From: Candidatus Bathyarchaeota archaeon
Lineage (GTDB): Archaea > Thermoproteota > Bathyarchaeia > TCS64
Direction of reading: 5' to 3'
Assembly: GCA_963769425.1 (NCBI GenBank)
Contig: CAVYLP010000003.1
Span: 319,911 to 383,910, forward strand
DNA: 64,000 nucleotides
The notes under the pieces: model-generated
Database searches by the model: none
Told to the model about the DNA's origin: nothing
What the model saw: the letters and a program-made list of their open reading frames with translations, nothing else
Shown: piece after piece, positions 1 to 9,015 of the stretch
Numbering within the stretch: position 1 is the stretch's first letter
Layout of the letters: every line of letters starts with the position of its first letter
Position numbers and translations under genes: made by a program

Positions 1-72
1 CTCTTCGTAGCAGGTCGATTCGTCTTTCCTTAAAACCTTGACTGATGCGTGGATTAGGTAAGGGTTTGTCAT
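1..72 (-). CDS. 5' part of a gene running off the window (MTNPYLIHASVKVLRKDESTCYEE...), coupled to the NTPase gene
   Basis: ATG at 72-70 overlaps the TGA of ORF 69..626 (ATGA overlap); open to the window edge. Confidence 0.55.
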   Translation of the reverse strand, partial: MTNPYLIHASVKVLRKDESTCYEE

Positions 73-626
73 AGTTGTATCACCATATCCATTTTCTCTG
101 CGAGGCTTAGAACCAGCTTCTTCTCACGAGTTGATAAGCCGGTCCCAAGGTCGTTTTTAAGTCTCTCCCCGAGGTATGCATTCACTACTGCTGTTTCAGC
201 TTTGGAGATTGTGGCTCTGAGAGTGTCTAACTCCCCTTTCTGCAAGTACATTGAGGCATCGTTTATGAACAGCACTTTGGTAGATACTTGGTTGAACTCC
301 TCGAGAACTTTTTCTATCCTGACTCTGTTAGAGTCCGCTATTGATAGGAGTTCGTCCGGGTTCTTAGCAGTAAGTCTCGGGGCCTTAATGCCCAGAGGGA
401 TTAGTTGTCGGACTCCCTTGACCGGCTTCTCCAGCAGTCTGCCTCCAATTGAACCGTTTTCGGTCAAGACCTTACCAGGAGCCATATCTATTAGTGTAAT
501 CTCCTCGTTTCCTCTTTCAAGTGCCTCGTTGAGGAGTTTCCTCGTAAGGGTAGTTTTCCCGGACCCGACCTCGCCTGTGATCAGGATACGTCTCCCGTGG
601 ACGGTGTCAAACGAAGTACTTGTCAA
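69..626 (-). CDS. P-loop NTPase, uncharacterised
   Basis: Walker A GEVGSGKT, hydrophobic-D strands (LIDMAP, LFIND); overlaps the end of thiW. Confidence 0.75.
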   Translation of the reverse strand: MTSTSFDTVHGRRILITGEVGSGKTTLTRKLLNEALERGNEEITLIDMAPGKVLTENGSIGGRLLEKPVKGVRQLIPLGIKAPRLTAKNPDELLSIADSNRVRIEKVLEEFNQVSTKVLFINDASMYLQKGELDTLRATISKAETAVVNAYLGERLKNDLGTGLSTREKKLVLSLAEKMDMVIQL

Positions 627-1191
627 GGCCCGATCTTCTCAGCAGTTTTATGATCATGAGTCCCAAGATTGAGCCGGGAATGCAGCTGGCGGCGAAGGCT
701 ATCCAGAAGAAGTAGAGTGTAGCTGATCCACCTATGAGGGGCGACACAATCAGCGCGCTTACAGTGGCGCCTATCACTACCGTTCCGAGTGGCTCCGCCA
801 ACGCAGCGTAGTCCGTCTTCCTAAGGTATCTGTAGACGATCCCGACTATCAATCCTCCAAAGACGCTTCCAGGGTACGCGTAGATTGTGCCAACGCCAAG
901 GCCAACACGGATCGTCGCCGTCATAAACGCCATCACAACGGCGTACCATGGACCAAGAAGTATACCGGCTATGGCGTTTATCATATGCTGTGACGGAGCC
1001 ACCTTCGTCACACCAATGGGGATGCTAAGTGATCCCAAGACAACGCTTAGAGCCGTAAGAACGGCGGCGAGTGCCAGCTTTCTGGTGGTAGATTGTTTAG
1101 GCCCCGCATTTGCGGTTGGTTCTTTAACTAAGTTCATTAAAAAGTTGACTAATTCCAACTTCTTACTGATTGGACTCGATCTGTTTTCCAT
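607..1191 (-). CDS. thiW: ECF transporter S component ThiW (thiazole/thiamine precursor uptake); true start may be the ATG at 1137
   Basis: ThiW-type motifs PSQHMINAIAGILLGPWY, AYPGSVFGG, EPLGT; TPP riboswitch directly upstream. Confidence 0.88.
   Translation of the reverse strand: MENRSSPISKKLELVNFLMNLVKEPTANAGPKQSTTRKLALAAVLTALSVVLGSLSIPIGVTKVAPSQHMINAIAGILLGPWYAVVMAFMTATIRVGLGVGTIYAYPGSVFGGLIVGIVYRYLRKTDYAALAEPLGTVVIGATVSALIVSPLIGGSATLYFFWIAFAASCIPGSILGLMIIKLLRRSGLDKYFV
1142..1161 (-). terminator. hairpin followed by a U-run between the riboswitch and the internal ATG of thiW (possible expression platform)
   Basis: minus strand AAGTTGG-AATTAG-TCAACTT-TTT then ATG at 1137. Confidence 0.35.
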
Positions 1192-1194
1192 TCT

Positions 1195-1282
1195 TCTTCC
1201 TCCGCCGGTATTATCCGGATCAGGTTCTAAGGGTCGACGTTTACCGTCCTCTCAGCCGGGATGATTCCCAGCTCCCCTTCCA
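1195..1282 (-). ncRNA. TPP riboswitch aptamer
   Basis: Minus strand reads GGGGagctggg..cccggCTGAGA..ACCC..AACCTGATccggaTAATACcggCGgAGGAAG, the TPP (RF00059-type) conserved core, upstream of thiW; P1 pairing is weak. Confidence 0.85.
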
Positions 1283-1341
1283 CCTTGAACCACACGCGGT
1301 ATTAGATAAGAATTACTAAAAAGTGGATAGTGCTGGTTTAG

Positions 1342-2355
1342 CTATTTTATCCTTCTCGAAAGACGCCTCGCGATCTCGGAGGCTGTCTGAGCTACTTCGA
1401 TTGGGTTTGTCCCGAAGATGAAGATCATCGGCTCCTTACCGATGCCTCCGAGATCATAGATAACGGTCGGCGGTTCTTTGCTTGTTGAGTGTGCTTTCCT
1501 GATTCCCCAAGGTATTGTCATTCCCTCGGTTGTTCTCACGTCTGGTGGCTCGTCTCTCCTGTCGAAGTGGGAGACAACGAGTCCAAGTTCTTCACATATA
1601 TTTACGGCTTCGGCGTCGTACTTTAGACTCAGAGAGGATCGTAGTGTGGGCTGGAGGGACATCATAGTGAGTGTTGCCCGGGCGACGTGTGATGACCCGC
1701 CGAACTCGGGTGGTCTGGAGGATCGTGGGTACCCTCCTATCGGGTGTATCCTGCCAGGGATCCCTACGATGTCTTCTATGCTGTCTGCGTTGTGCTTTCC
1801 GTAGGTTATATTCATACCAATTTCAGGTATTAATGAGGCTAGTTCCCTGCAGCCCTCTATTATTCTGACGGCTTGCCTCACCCCATCTATTATCTCTGCG
1901 TCTTCACGTGATCTCTGCTTGAACTTGGAGTAGTCCTCTATGCAGACAACGCAGTTGATTGGCAGTTCCCCGTAACCGTCGCGGTGGATTGCACAGATCG
2001 GTCCAGTGTTCCTCAGTTCTATGCATAATCCACAGACTCTTCTGATTGCTTCTGTTTCGGTGAGTCTGCTGCTCATCCAGTCCTCTGAAAGGTTCTTTGC
2101 AAGTTCATCTATCTTGGTGACTCCTCTTAGCTCAGATCTGGTTCGTGGTTGGCTGTGTAGGTAGCTTGAGACCGCTGGCTGGGTCACGCCGACGATCTTT
2201 GCGGCTTGTAGTTGGCTAACCCCTCGGTTGACAACTAGTTCCTCCACGAGGGCTTTCCTCATGAGTGGTAGCAGCTGCTCGGTGACGATCTCGCAGGGTA
2301 GTCTCAGCCTAACCTCGTCTCGTGAGGACCTCTTCGACTTCTCCAGCCCATCCAT
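1342..2355 (-). CDS. thiR: ThiR-like regulator: N-terminal HTH plus C-terminal ThiN-like (thiamine-phosphate synthase) domain
   Basis: PCE..SQLQAAKIVGVTQPAVSSYL HTH; LIPEIGMNI, IPGRI, FGGSSHVA, DLGGIGKEPMI ThiN motifs. Confidence 0.8.
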   Translation of the reverse strand: MDGLEKSKRSSRDEVRLRLPCEIVTEQLLPLMRKALVEELVVNRGVSQLQAAKIVGVTQPAVSSYLHSQPRTRSELRGVTKIDELAKNLSEDWMSSRLTETEAIRRVCGLCIELRNTGPICAIHRDGYGELPINCVVCIEDYSKFKQRSREDAEIIDGVRQAVRIIEGCRELASLIPEIGMNITYGKHNADSIEDIVGIPGRIHPIGGYPRSSRPPEFGGSSHVARATLTMMSLQPTLRSSLSLKYDAEAVNICEELGLVVSHFDRRDEPPDVRTTEGMTIPWGIRKAHSTSKEPPTVIYDLGGIGKEPMIFIFGTNPIEVAQTASEIARRLSRRIK

Positions 2356-2373
2356 GGCGTTCAATAAACGATG

Positions 2374-2390
2374 CTATAAGCTGCTTATAG
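2374..2390. promoter_or_regulatory. palindromic operator CTATAAG-CTG-CTTATAG upstream of the thiR-like gene
   Basis: perfect 7-bp arms, about 20-35 bp upstream of the ATG at 2355; same core recurs at 4843-4857. Confidence 0.6.
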
Positions 2391-2400
2391 TGCTTCGTTT

Positions 2401-3177
2401 TTATCTGACGAGTTCCTCGACATCTTCCCACCACTTTTTTCGGGTTCCAACTTGGCTCCTCTTCTCCCAGTTAGTCGACTTTGGTTCAGAATCGATCCTT
2501 GAGACTATTTCTCTGACCTTCGTTTTCAGCTCCGCAGGTTGTTCTATCTGGGTTTGCGGATCCTTTTCGACAAGTTTTGCTAGATTCTGATTTGCGTCGA
2601 ACCAGAAGCCCCAGTCGTCGGCTAGAACTGATGCTATCCTTGTGGTGTTTATTGATTCAGATGCATCCGTGTTAGTGAGGGGATGTTCTAGTATGAGTAC
2701 TCGGAGGTCCGTCAGGTCCTTCTCCTCCAGGTTGTGTATCTGAAGCTTGGACAAGATCAAGTCGGCAATAGTTAGCGTTGGGTAGTCTAACTCGATTCTA
2801 GGTGGCGCTCCTTCCGGTCTGAGGTTTATCAGGTGGTTGAAGTGTAGGTTTTCGAAGAAGATGTCCACCGTGTATTTGCCCTCTGGGTGGCGGAACATGA
2901 AGCGTGACTCGCCAAAGTATGCCATCACGTATCGGTCGGCGATGTAGCCTGCATCGGTGAATAGTTTGTTCACCCTGACTCTGTCCGACTTGTAGGTCAC
3001 CATATCGACGTCCTTCAGCACGTTTATTCCACGTTTTGGAGTACCTAGTCGATTGGTGTGGTTGTGGAGTTCGACGGCTGCGCCGCCAGTGAGCCTCAGC
3101 GGGATCTGCCTCCGCTTCGCCTCCTCGACTAGTCTAAAGGCGTCGTCGAGGATTGACTTGGAATCAGGGCTCGGCAT
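2401..3177 (-). CDS. uncharacterised nucleotidyltransferase-fold protein
   Basis: LRLTGGAAV...KDVDMV (GG + DxD, Pol-beta-like), VDIF, later LSKLQI..EKDLTD. Confidence 0.65.
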   Translation of the reverse strand: MPSPDSKSILDDAFRLVEEAKRRQIPLRLTGGAAVELHNHTNRLGTPKRGINVLKDVDMVTYKSDRVRVNKLFTDAGYIADRYVMAYFGESRFMFRHPEGKYTVDIFFENLHFNHLINLRPEGAPPRIELDYPTLTIADLILSKLQIHNLEEKDLTDLRVLILEHPLTNTDASESINTTRIASVLADDWGFWFDANQNLAKLVEKDPQTQIEQPAELKTKVREIVSRIDSEPKSTNWEKRSQVGTRKKWWEDVEELVR

Positions 3178-3187
3178 TTAACAAAAC

Positions 3188-4804
3188 CTATACTGGGGGT
3201 ATCTCTTTGAACGCGAGTTCTATATCGACTCCTTGTCGGGCTCTGATGTATCGTATTATCCAGTAGATAACAAAACCCACTATGATCATGCCGAAGTTGA
3301 GGAAGAGGGCATAGGGCGTCGAGATTCCGAATTGGGGGTTAGCGATGAATATGTAAGCGATTGCTACAACGAAGGATGCCTCAATTACTCCGAAGATCGT
3401 TATCAATGGGATCCCGAATAGCTCGCGCTTGATGGGTGATGCCTCGTAGATGTCCCTCCTCCTGTAGGGTAGGAGAGCTGCTGTTATTCCCGGGAGGAAC
3501 ATGCAGCTGAACGCGGGGCCGATTATAGTGGAGAATAGGAAGGTCCAGAAGGCATCCGGGAAGATGGCGACAACCACGAGGAAGGCTTCGCTGATCAGGA
3601 ATATTGCGAGGTTCGTGTAGGTCGGCGTGTGGAACCTAGGACTCACATCTGAGAGCTTACCCGGCATCAGTCTGTCCATTGACCAGGCGAATATGTTGCG
3701 ACTGATTTGGAGATAGATGACGACGGTGTAGATTAGTGTACCCGCGAGGGCCATTCCGAGGACGGCGAGGGCAGCGAGTATCGGGTTCTGTGTGACGAGT
3801 CCGAGGAATGCGGTTATCATCTCCAACGCGTTGCTCCACGGCAACCCCTGGGGGTTGTACGTTGCAAGGTAGCTGACCGAGGTCAGGAAGTTGTACCCGA
3901 TCGTCTTGAATGCGTAGTAGAAGAGGAGTCCGAGGAAGAGCAGGTTGAATAACCCTGCGCCGGCCATGGATATGAGGTTCCGCTTTACGGAGCCGGCCTC
4001 CTTCACCTCGCCTGCTATGTATGCTGAGTAGAACGTCCACCAGACCGCGTTAGTTGCCAGGGCCAGCAGGGGCCAGTCAAACGTGAATTTAGGTGTTGTA
4101 TATCCTCCCTGGTTGGCCGCGTCTATGATGGCTTGATATGGGTTCGCAGTTGTTCCGAATTGGCCACCGTAGCTGTGCATGAATGAGTTGAAGATTCCGA
4201 CGAATCCCTGATTGCCAACCAGTGCCATTGAGAGGAGGGCTACGGCTATGCCGACTATCATGATGAGCCAGATCGCGTTGTTTACGATCAGCATCCTCTT
4301 TGTGCCAGATAAGGCGAGAAGCGTGAAGATGACGTTCAGGACAGAGCCGACGAGGAAGGACACGAGGGGGGTCATTAGCGCCAGTCCTATGTTGATGATG
4401 CCTTGGTTTCCCAGTAAGTATCCGATTATATGGAGGCCGGGGCCGAGTCCGTAGAAGCTAATAAGGTAGAAGTTGAACGCGAGGAAGAATGTCTGCCAGA
4501 AGACGAGGCTGAAGTTGAAGCCGAACCCGAGTGATGGGTGGAGCACCCTACTGTTGAAGACGTAGTCGCCACCTGACCGTGGGAACGTTGAAACTAGCAT
4601 GGCGTAGACTATCGCGATCGAGAAGGCAAGGAGCACCAGCGGTAGTGCGGAGAGGATGTCTCCGCCGCTTGTGAATGTGACGGCGAATGCGTAGTTTCCA
4701 AGCACTCCGGCGAATGAGCTCGCGGATGAGTTATAGATGAATGTGTCTAGGAGGGATGCCTGGCGGATGAGTCCCGAGGTCTTTCTCGAGAAGGGACTGG
4801 ACAT
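3188..4804 (-). CDS. APC family permease
   Basis: FSRKTSGLIR start, PRSGGDYVFNSR, AGEVK, SRNIFAWSMDR; about 12 TM segments. Confidence 0.88.
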   Translation of the reverse strand: MSSPFSRKTSGLIRQASLLDTFIYNSSASSFAGVLGNYAFAVTFTSGGDILSALPLVLLAFSIAIVYAMLVSTFPRSGGDYVFNSRVLHPSLGFGFNFSLVFWQTFFLAFNFYLISFYGLGPGLHIIGYLLGNQGIINIGLALMTPLVSFLVGSVLNVIFTLLALSGTKRMLIVNNAIWLIMIVGIAVALLSMALVGNQGFVGIFNSFMHSYGGQFGTTANPYQAIIDAANQGGYTTPKFTFDWPLLALATNAVWWTFYSAYIAGEVKEAGSVKRNLISMAGAGLFNLLFLGLLFYYAFKTIGYNFLTSVSYLATYNPQGLPWSNALEMITAFLGLVTQNPILAALAVLGMALAGTLIYTVVIYLQISRNIFAWSMDRLMPGKLSDVSPRFHTPTYTNLAIFLISEAFLVVVAIFPDAFWTFLFSTIIGPAFSCMFLPGITAALLPYRRRDIYEASPIKRELFGIPLITIFGVIEASFVVAIAYIFIANPQFGISTPYALFLNFGMIIVGFVIYWIIRYIRARQGVDIELAFKEIPPV

Positions 4805-4842
4805 TGGGTTATTGGGTCAACGGTTGTAGTTATAAGTAATTA

Positions 4843-4857
4843 TATAAGTGACTTATA
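4843..4857. promoter_or_regulatory. palindromic operator TATAAG-TGA-CTTATA in the divergent APC/metallophosphoesterase promoter
   Basis: perfect 6-bp arms, same as 2375-2389; lies in a 66-bp divergent intergenic region. Confidence 0.55.
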
Positions 4858-4870
4858 ATGAGCTGAGGTT

Positions 4871-5821
4871 GTGGCTAGAACCAGACTCTACTTCGCGACG
4901 GATATACATGGCTCAGAGGCTTGTTTCCTAAAATTCCTCAACGCCTCGAGGGTCTACAAGGCCGATGTGATGGTTCTGGCGGGTGACCTCAGTGGGAAAC
5001 TCCTCATACCGATTGTTGAGCGTGGGGATGGGTCTTATGACTCGACATTCATGGGAGTCCGCCGGGTCGTCGCTGGTGAGGAGTTGGCTGAACTTGAACA
5101 ACTCATTAGTAGAGTTGGATCTTATCCATATGTTGTCAGCAAGTCTGAGTATAACGAACTGCTACACAGACCCGATCAGGTAAGTGAAATCTTCCAGGGC
5201 TTGATGAGGGAGAGACTTGAGAAGTGGGTCTCTCTAGCGGAGGAGAGGTTGAGGGGAGCCTCAGCGGAGTATTACATCTCAGGGGGAAACGACGACTTCC
5301 CATGGGTGGATGAAGTGCTGAGGAAGTCCCGAACCTTCGTCGATGGGGAGGGGAGCGTGATCCGGGTCATGGGAGGGCATGAAATGATCACGTGTGGGTG
5401 GTCAAATCCTACACCTTGGGGAACGCCGAGGGAGACAAGTGAGGAAGATTTAGCTGAGAGGATATCACGCATTGCGTCCATGGTTGAGGCGATGGATGGA
5501 TGCATCTTCAATCTTCATGCTCCGCCATTTAGCTCCGATTTAGATAATTGTCAGAGGCTGAATGACGAGCTCAAGCCAATATTTGTGGGTGGTCAGCCAG
5601 AATATTTTAGCGCAGGCAGCGAAGCTGTTCGCGGGTGCATCGATCGATTCAAGCCGATGCTTGGTCTTCATGGTCACATCCATGAGTCAAAGGGTATGAT
5701 GTCGATTGGGCGAACCATGTGCGTTAATCCCGGGAGCGAATACGCGGAGACTATTTTAAGGGGCGTAATTCTTGATATCGAGTCTAACCGTGTGAAGAGT
5801 CACGTCTTTACTTCGGGATGA
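4871..5821 (+). CDS. Icc-like metallophosphoesterase
   Basis: DIHGS, GDLSGK, GNDD, HAPP, HGHIHE, NPGS calcineurin-like motifs. Confidence 0.88.
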   Translation: MARTRLYFATDIHGSEACFLKFLNASRVYKADVMVLAGDLSGKLLIPIVERGDGSYDSTFMGVRRVVAGEELAELEQLISRVGSYPYVVSKSEYNELLHRPDQVSEIFQGLMRERLEKWVSLAEERLRGASAEYYISGGNDDFPWVDEVLRKSRTFVDGEGSVIRVMGGHEMITCGWSNPTPWGTPRETSEEDLAERISRIASMVEAMDGCIFNLHAPPFSSDLDNCQRLNDELKPIFVGGQPEYFSAGSEAVRGCIDRFKPMLGLHGHIHESKGMMSIGRTMCVNPGSEYAETILRGVILDIESNRVKSHVFTSG

Positions 5822-5837
5822 GGCTACGCGTAAGCGG

Positions 5838-6500
5838 TTGGAGGATAGGCTTCATAGAAGCGAGGTGGTCGCAGCGGTGGAGCAGATGGGTGCGACGGTT
5901 GCTCATAATCTTCGCGGTCCGCTGGGTCAGGTTGTTCAGGCTGTGAACATGATCAAGCAGGACCCCAGTTTGACTCCTCGGATGCTTCAGATTATTGAGG
6001 AGAACTCGGTGAGGTCGTTGAAGATGATTGCTGATTGGAGGTCGAGCACTCGGGAGATTGTACCACAGCCGACGAAGACCTCTCTTCGTGACTTGGTTAG
6101 GAGCGTGCTTGAAGGTTTGCCAGTCCCAATTAACGTGGATGCTCATACTTCTATTGGAGATGATCTTGACTCTCTATTGATTGATCAGATGATCATGCAC
6201 AGAGTGCTGGACAACTTGGTGAAGAACTCGGTCGAGGCGATGCCGAACGGTGGGAAGCTGGTGGTCAGCGCGGTGAAGGAGACTGATGACCTAGTAATCA
6301 GGGTTGCTGATACCGTTGTAGGTATACCCGAGGAGTCAAGGGAGCATATCTTCTCCCCTCTGTATACTACTAAGACGGGTGGAATGGGGCTAGGGCTAAC
6401 TTACTGCAGGAGGGTTATTGAGGCGATGGGTGGCTCAATCAACTTCGAATCCGAAGTTGGCGTTGGCACCACCTTCACAGTGATGCTGCCTCTGCAATAA
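5838..6500 (+). CDS. histidine kinase (HisKA + HATPase) lacking a sensor domain, probably 5'-truncated
   Basis: AHNLRGPL H-box, NLVKNS N-box, GMGLGL; G1 box degenerate (DTVVGI); preceded by TRKRLE linker remnant. Confidence 0.75.
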   Translation: MEDRLHRSEVVAAVEQMGATVAHNLRGPLGQVVQAVNMIKQDPSLTPRMLQIIEENSVRSLKMIADWRSSTREIVPQPTKTSLRDLVRSVLEGLPVPINVDAHTSIGDDLDSLLIDQMIMHRVLDNLVKNSVEAMPNGGKLVVSAVKETDDLVIRVADTVVGIPEESREHIFSPLYTTKTGGMGLGLTYCRRVIEAMGGSINFESEVGVGTTFTVMLPLQ

Positions 6501-7049
6501 GTAAACCCACTTCTAGTTTAAACCGACCAGATCAACCTGATCCTTGTGGATTAACGGAATGAGGATGCTTTGCGCATGTGAGTATAAAGTCTACTTCTCG
6601 TCGTATTCTGGATTACTAAAAAACGATTCCTCTGCTTCCTCCGTCAAAAAATAGATGCAGTGCTTACTATCCCAAGATCGAATAAACATGCGATCATCCT
6701 CCGCTGAACGCGGTTTAATAACAAAATATTTCTTGCCTACCTCCTCTTCGAAAAAGATGTCCCAATAATGTTGCGTCCATCCGCTTTCGAATGAAGAATG
6801 CTGGAAATAGATTTTTTTTAAATTCAGATTTACAAATTTCCTCTTCGTTATTCATATCGATCACACTTCATCCATCCCCTAACAATTTTAACCTAAATTA
6901 ATTTGATATCAGCATTTCAACGTCTTTATATGATATAGAGAAATCACCCCAAACGGGACTGGATATTCATGGTGTCAATTTTAGCGTGTTTTCATTCAAT
7001 TATTGGGATATATAAACCACGGATCCTTCAGCGTTCAATGGTGATTTGA

Positions 7050-7442
7050 ATGGGAATGGAGGAGAAGGAGAAGAAGATCGGCTTCATAATCGACGCGCTG
7101 GAGCAGCACATACCCCTGCTAATCCACAAGATAATCGACGAGTTCTACTCACCAGAGTCGGCGGGCAAGATCGGGAAGGGCCTGGCGGAGTTCTACAAGG
7201 CTCTCCGCGACGGAGGCGTTCCCGAAGGCGCAGCGGTGGAGATGGTGAAGGACTACGCCTCGAACCTGACCTTTAAGGGAATGGGGCACATGTATCGCCC
7301 AATGTCCCCAATGGGTGGGATGATGGGGGGTCACATGATGGGTGGTCCCATGGGTATGAATCCCATGATGATGAAGAAGTACATGAAGAAGATGTGGCAT
7401 GAGGGTAAAGAGGAAGAGCCAGAGGAAGAAGGAGAAGCATAA
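7050..7442 (+). CDS. hypothetical protein with Met/Gly-rich segment and acidic tail
   Basis: GGTGA RBS; MGHMYRPMSPMGGMMGGHMMGGPMGMNPMMM tract. Confidence 0.7.
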   Translation: MGMEEKEKKIGFIIDALEQHIPLLIHKIIDEFYSPESAGKIGKGLAEFYKALRDGGVPEGAAVEMVKDYASNLTFKGMGHMYRPMSPMGGMMGGHMMGGPMGMNPMMMKKYMKKMWHEGKEEEPEEEGEA

Positions 7443-7578
7443 TCCAAACCCTCAACGATCTATTTTTTAGAAACAATTCACTCGAAAAATTCTCCAAGGG
7501 AAAATCACGACTTTACGCCTCGCATGCTATTGTGGTCTGCCGGCGGGTGCTGGAGTACTGCAAGCCCACGACGCGCGC

Positions 7579-8840
7579 TGCCTTGTCCCTAAATTGATAT
7601 CCAAAACAAGACCCCAACCAAACACCCCACAGAACCCACTCATAAACCAAAAACCACTACAGAAAAACCTCCCCCAGCGAACAAAACACCAAACCACAGC
7701 CCAACAAACAAGAACACAAGCAGGAAACAACCTAGGAACCCCACTCACCACTAGACCACACTAGCCTCACACGTTGAAGAACGTCGGAGACACAGCCTTC
7801 TCCGGCCGACCCAGACACTCAGCGGCCTCCCTCACCAGCACGTGACAGAGAAGACTCAGCAACGCATACACCGACACATTTGATAAACGCCTCACGTTAT
7901 TCACCGTCAAGCCATACTGTGTCTTCAGGTAGCTGAACACCGACTCCACGAGAGGCCTCTTATGATACTCCCCAACCAACTCGGCGGGACCGTGAGTTCT
8001 GAACCTCCTATCCACCCTCAACACACCCTCACCCCTCTCCCTCGACATGTAGGGTATAGCCGAAGCCCCGACCATGGCTCTCAGCGCCTTACCACTATAC
8101 TGGCTGTCCGCCACCAGGCTCCGCAGCCGAGCCCCAACCCTACCCAGAACACTACGGGTCCTCTCCACAAGAGTCGGTGCGTGTTTCTTCTCGTTGTCGT
8201 TAGCCGGAGCCAGTAAGGTGGCGAGGGGCAGCATGGTTCTGTGGTCCACAGCTACGTGGAGCTTGTACCCTAGATCGTAGCCTCTTCCGTTCCTCCCCAC
8301 AAGCGCGTCCGGGTCTGAGTACGCGACTCGGCTGTCGTCGGGATGTCTTATGCTCCTAGCCTTGATGAAGCTCGCGTCCAGGAGCGCGTCTACCTCGGTG
8401 GCTCTGCTCCGCCTCAGCAACTTGATGACCTTCTCCTCGATGATCAGCTGAAGCGTCTCCGCTCCGACTCGTTTTGTGAAGCGGCTGATGACTGACCTGG
8501 GGTAGCCTCTCTCATTCTTCTTTATTAGGCAGAGTCTCCTGAGGCGCCGGTCGACGTCCAGGATCCGGGTGAGCTCCCGGAGGCTGCGGATGCCCTTCAA
8601 CCTCATGATGAGTAGGGCTCTGAAGATGCCGAGTGGGTTCCTCGGCTTCCTGCCGGGTCCGGTGGTGTGGTAGCAGCCGATGAGCTGCTGCTGGGCAATG
8701 CTTAAGTCGACGTTTCTGAAGAGTGTTTCAAGGGTCTCGTGTTCGTCCTGTCCTATGGATTGGAACTCCTCTGGTTCCCGCCATGGGTGACGAGACCCTT
8801 ACTGTCAAGATAAGTTTATCTCTAATTTAGGGACAGGGCA
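7579..8840 (-). mobile_element. IS4/IS5-type DDE insertion sequence with 17-bp TIRs, flanked by GCGCGC
   Basis: TIRs tgccttgtccctaaatt (7579-7595) and aatttagggacagggca (8824-8840), 16/17 complementary; GCGCGC at 7573-7578, and on the right after removing the IS110. Confidence 0.85.
7767..8606 (-). CDS. DDE transposase (DDE_Tnp_1-like); the frame stays open upstream to about 8795 (..GPGRKPRNPLGIFRALLI) without a standard start
   Basis: LLDASFI, GYKLHVAVD, VADSQY and Y-x2-R-x3-E-x6-K (YHKRPLVESVFSYLK) signature. Confidence 0.88.
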   Translation of the reverse strand: MRLKGIRSLRELTRILDVDRRLRRLCLIKKNERGYPRSVISRFTKRVGAETLQLIIEEKVIKLLRRSRATEVDALLDASFIKARSIRHPDDSRVAYSDPDALVGRNGRGYDLGYKLHVAVDHRTMLPLATLLAPANDNEKKHAPTLVERTRSVLGRVGARLRSLVADSQYSGKALRAMVGASAIPYMSRERGEGVLRVDRRFRTHGPAELVGEYHKRPLVESVFSYLKTQYGLTVNNVRRLSNVSVYALLSLLCHVLVREAAECLGRPEKAVSPTFFNV

Positions 8841-8884
8841 GACGGTATGAGAAACGTTTTCAGGAATAGACCGTGAGGGTGTCG

Positions 8885-9013
8885 CGGGTGGCCTAGGCCC
8901 GCCGCGCGCTTGGTCCCGATGAGACCCCTAGGGCAGACTGGGCCAGACCCGAGCGGCTACCCGACTGGTCCGAGGAGAGACCCGATAGGAGCGTGCCGCC
9001 CGCAGGCCACCCG
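8885..9013 (+). ncRNA. putative IS110 bridge RNA with target-binding and donor-binding loops
   Basis: outer stem 8885-8894/9004-9013; loop 1 closed by ggccc/gggcc with guides cgcgcgct (8903-8910) and agggcag (8930-8936); loop 2 closed by gcggc/gccgc with ccgact (8961-8966) and ataggag (8985-8991). Confidence 0.78.
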
Positions 9014-9015
9014 AG

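Noticed and set aside
7527-7751. 74-aa hydrophobic ORF
   Set aside because: Artefact of the G/T-rich IS tail; it crosses the TIR.
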